Shown here: in pieces, positions 63,709-64,000 of the stretch
Numbering within the stretch: position 1 is the first letter of the stretch
Layout of the letters: each line of letters starts with the position of its first letter
From: Carcharhinus longimanus
Lineage: Eukaryota
Length of the DNA stretch: 64,000 nucleotides
Assembly: GCA_030264375.1 (NCBI GenBank)
Contig: JASCQW010000162.1
Coordinates: 85,217,343 to 85,281,342, forward strand
Direction of reading: 5' to 3'
Made by a program: the position numbers and the translations under genes
Notes under the pieces: model-generated
Databases searched by the model: none
Seen by the model: the letters and a program-made list of their open reading frames with translations, nothing else
Told to the model about the DNA's origin: nothing

Positions 63709-64000
63709 CTAAACAAATAAAAGACAATACATTGGAATACCAAGGATGAATGCAAGAACCACATCCATTGTCTAGTCACATATACTGGTCAAACTTAGTG
63801 CTTTTGTGAGAAAGTAAGTTTTCCTTGTGGGAGGCTGGGAGGGCAACAAAGCTAAATATTATAACTAGTGATCTAATATTCACATAGAATTTTGGCATGT
63901 TAACACAGTCGTGCCACTTTAAACCATGATGCAGCAGCAGCCAACTGCAGTCTGTTTAAATGATGATCCAATGGCTTTCCAATTGCCAAAAGGTCACTGT

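Noticed and set aside
1-64000. Most ORFs in the six-frame track
   Set aside because: They are short, start at arbitrary codons, and are exon read-through, antisense to exons, repeat-derived, low-complexity or N-run artefacts. No nested gene is supported.
1-64000. CRISPR arrays, operons, defence systems, rRNA or snoRNA genes
   Set aside because: No regularly spaced direct repeats or recognisable RNA gene motifs; the sequence is vertebrate intron/exon DNA.

Overview
Eukaryotic genomic DNA, almost certainly from a shark (the repeats are HE1/V-SINE-like, SacSINE/DeuSINE-like, CR1 and Penelope-like), from a draft assembly with 12 N-gaps. The window lies inside the inositol 1,4,5-trisphosphate receptor type 1 gene (ITPR1) on the minus strand. 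I reconstructed 18 consecutive coding exons by hand (63708 down to 14641; 2668 nt, 889 full codons, phase-consistent, no stops), equivalent to about human exons 22-39 from memory, plus the first 36-nt SII neural microexon (11527-11562). The other SII exons were not found. There are no prokaryotic features, CRISPR arrays or RNA genes. No new system is proven. The best leads are: (1) two GC-AG introns with the same GCAAGTATT donor; (2) an inverted HE1 SINE pair sitting about 90 nt outside a block of six phase-0 exons (933 nt, stop-free), a circRNA / rolling-circle ORF layout that would use one of the GC donors; (3) a strong cryptic acceptor with an in-frame stop and AATAAA (poison or alternative last exon); (4) extra in-frame cassette candidates near SII; (5) an RBFOX motif cluster; (6) a tRNA-headed SINE sharing both 5' and 3' segments with a LINE. 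Exon boundaries are base-exact by hand. Repeat boundaries are approximate, and family names and human comparisons are from memory, not database searches.
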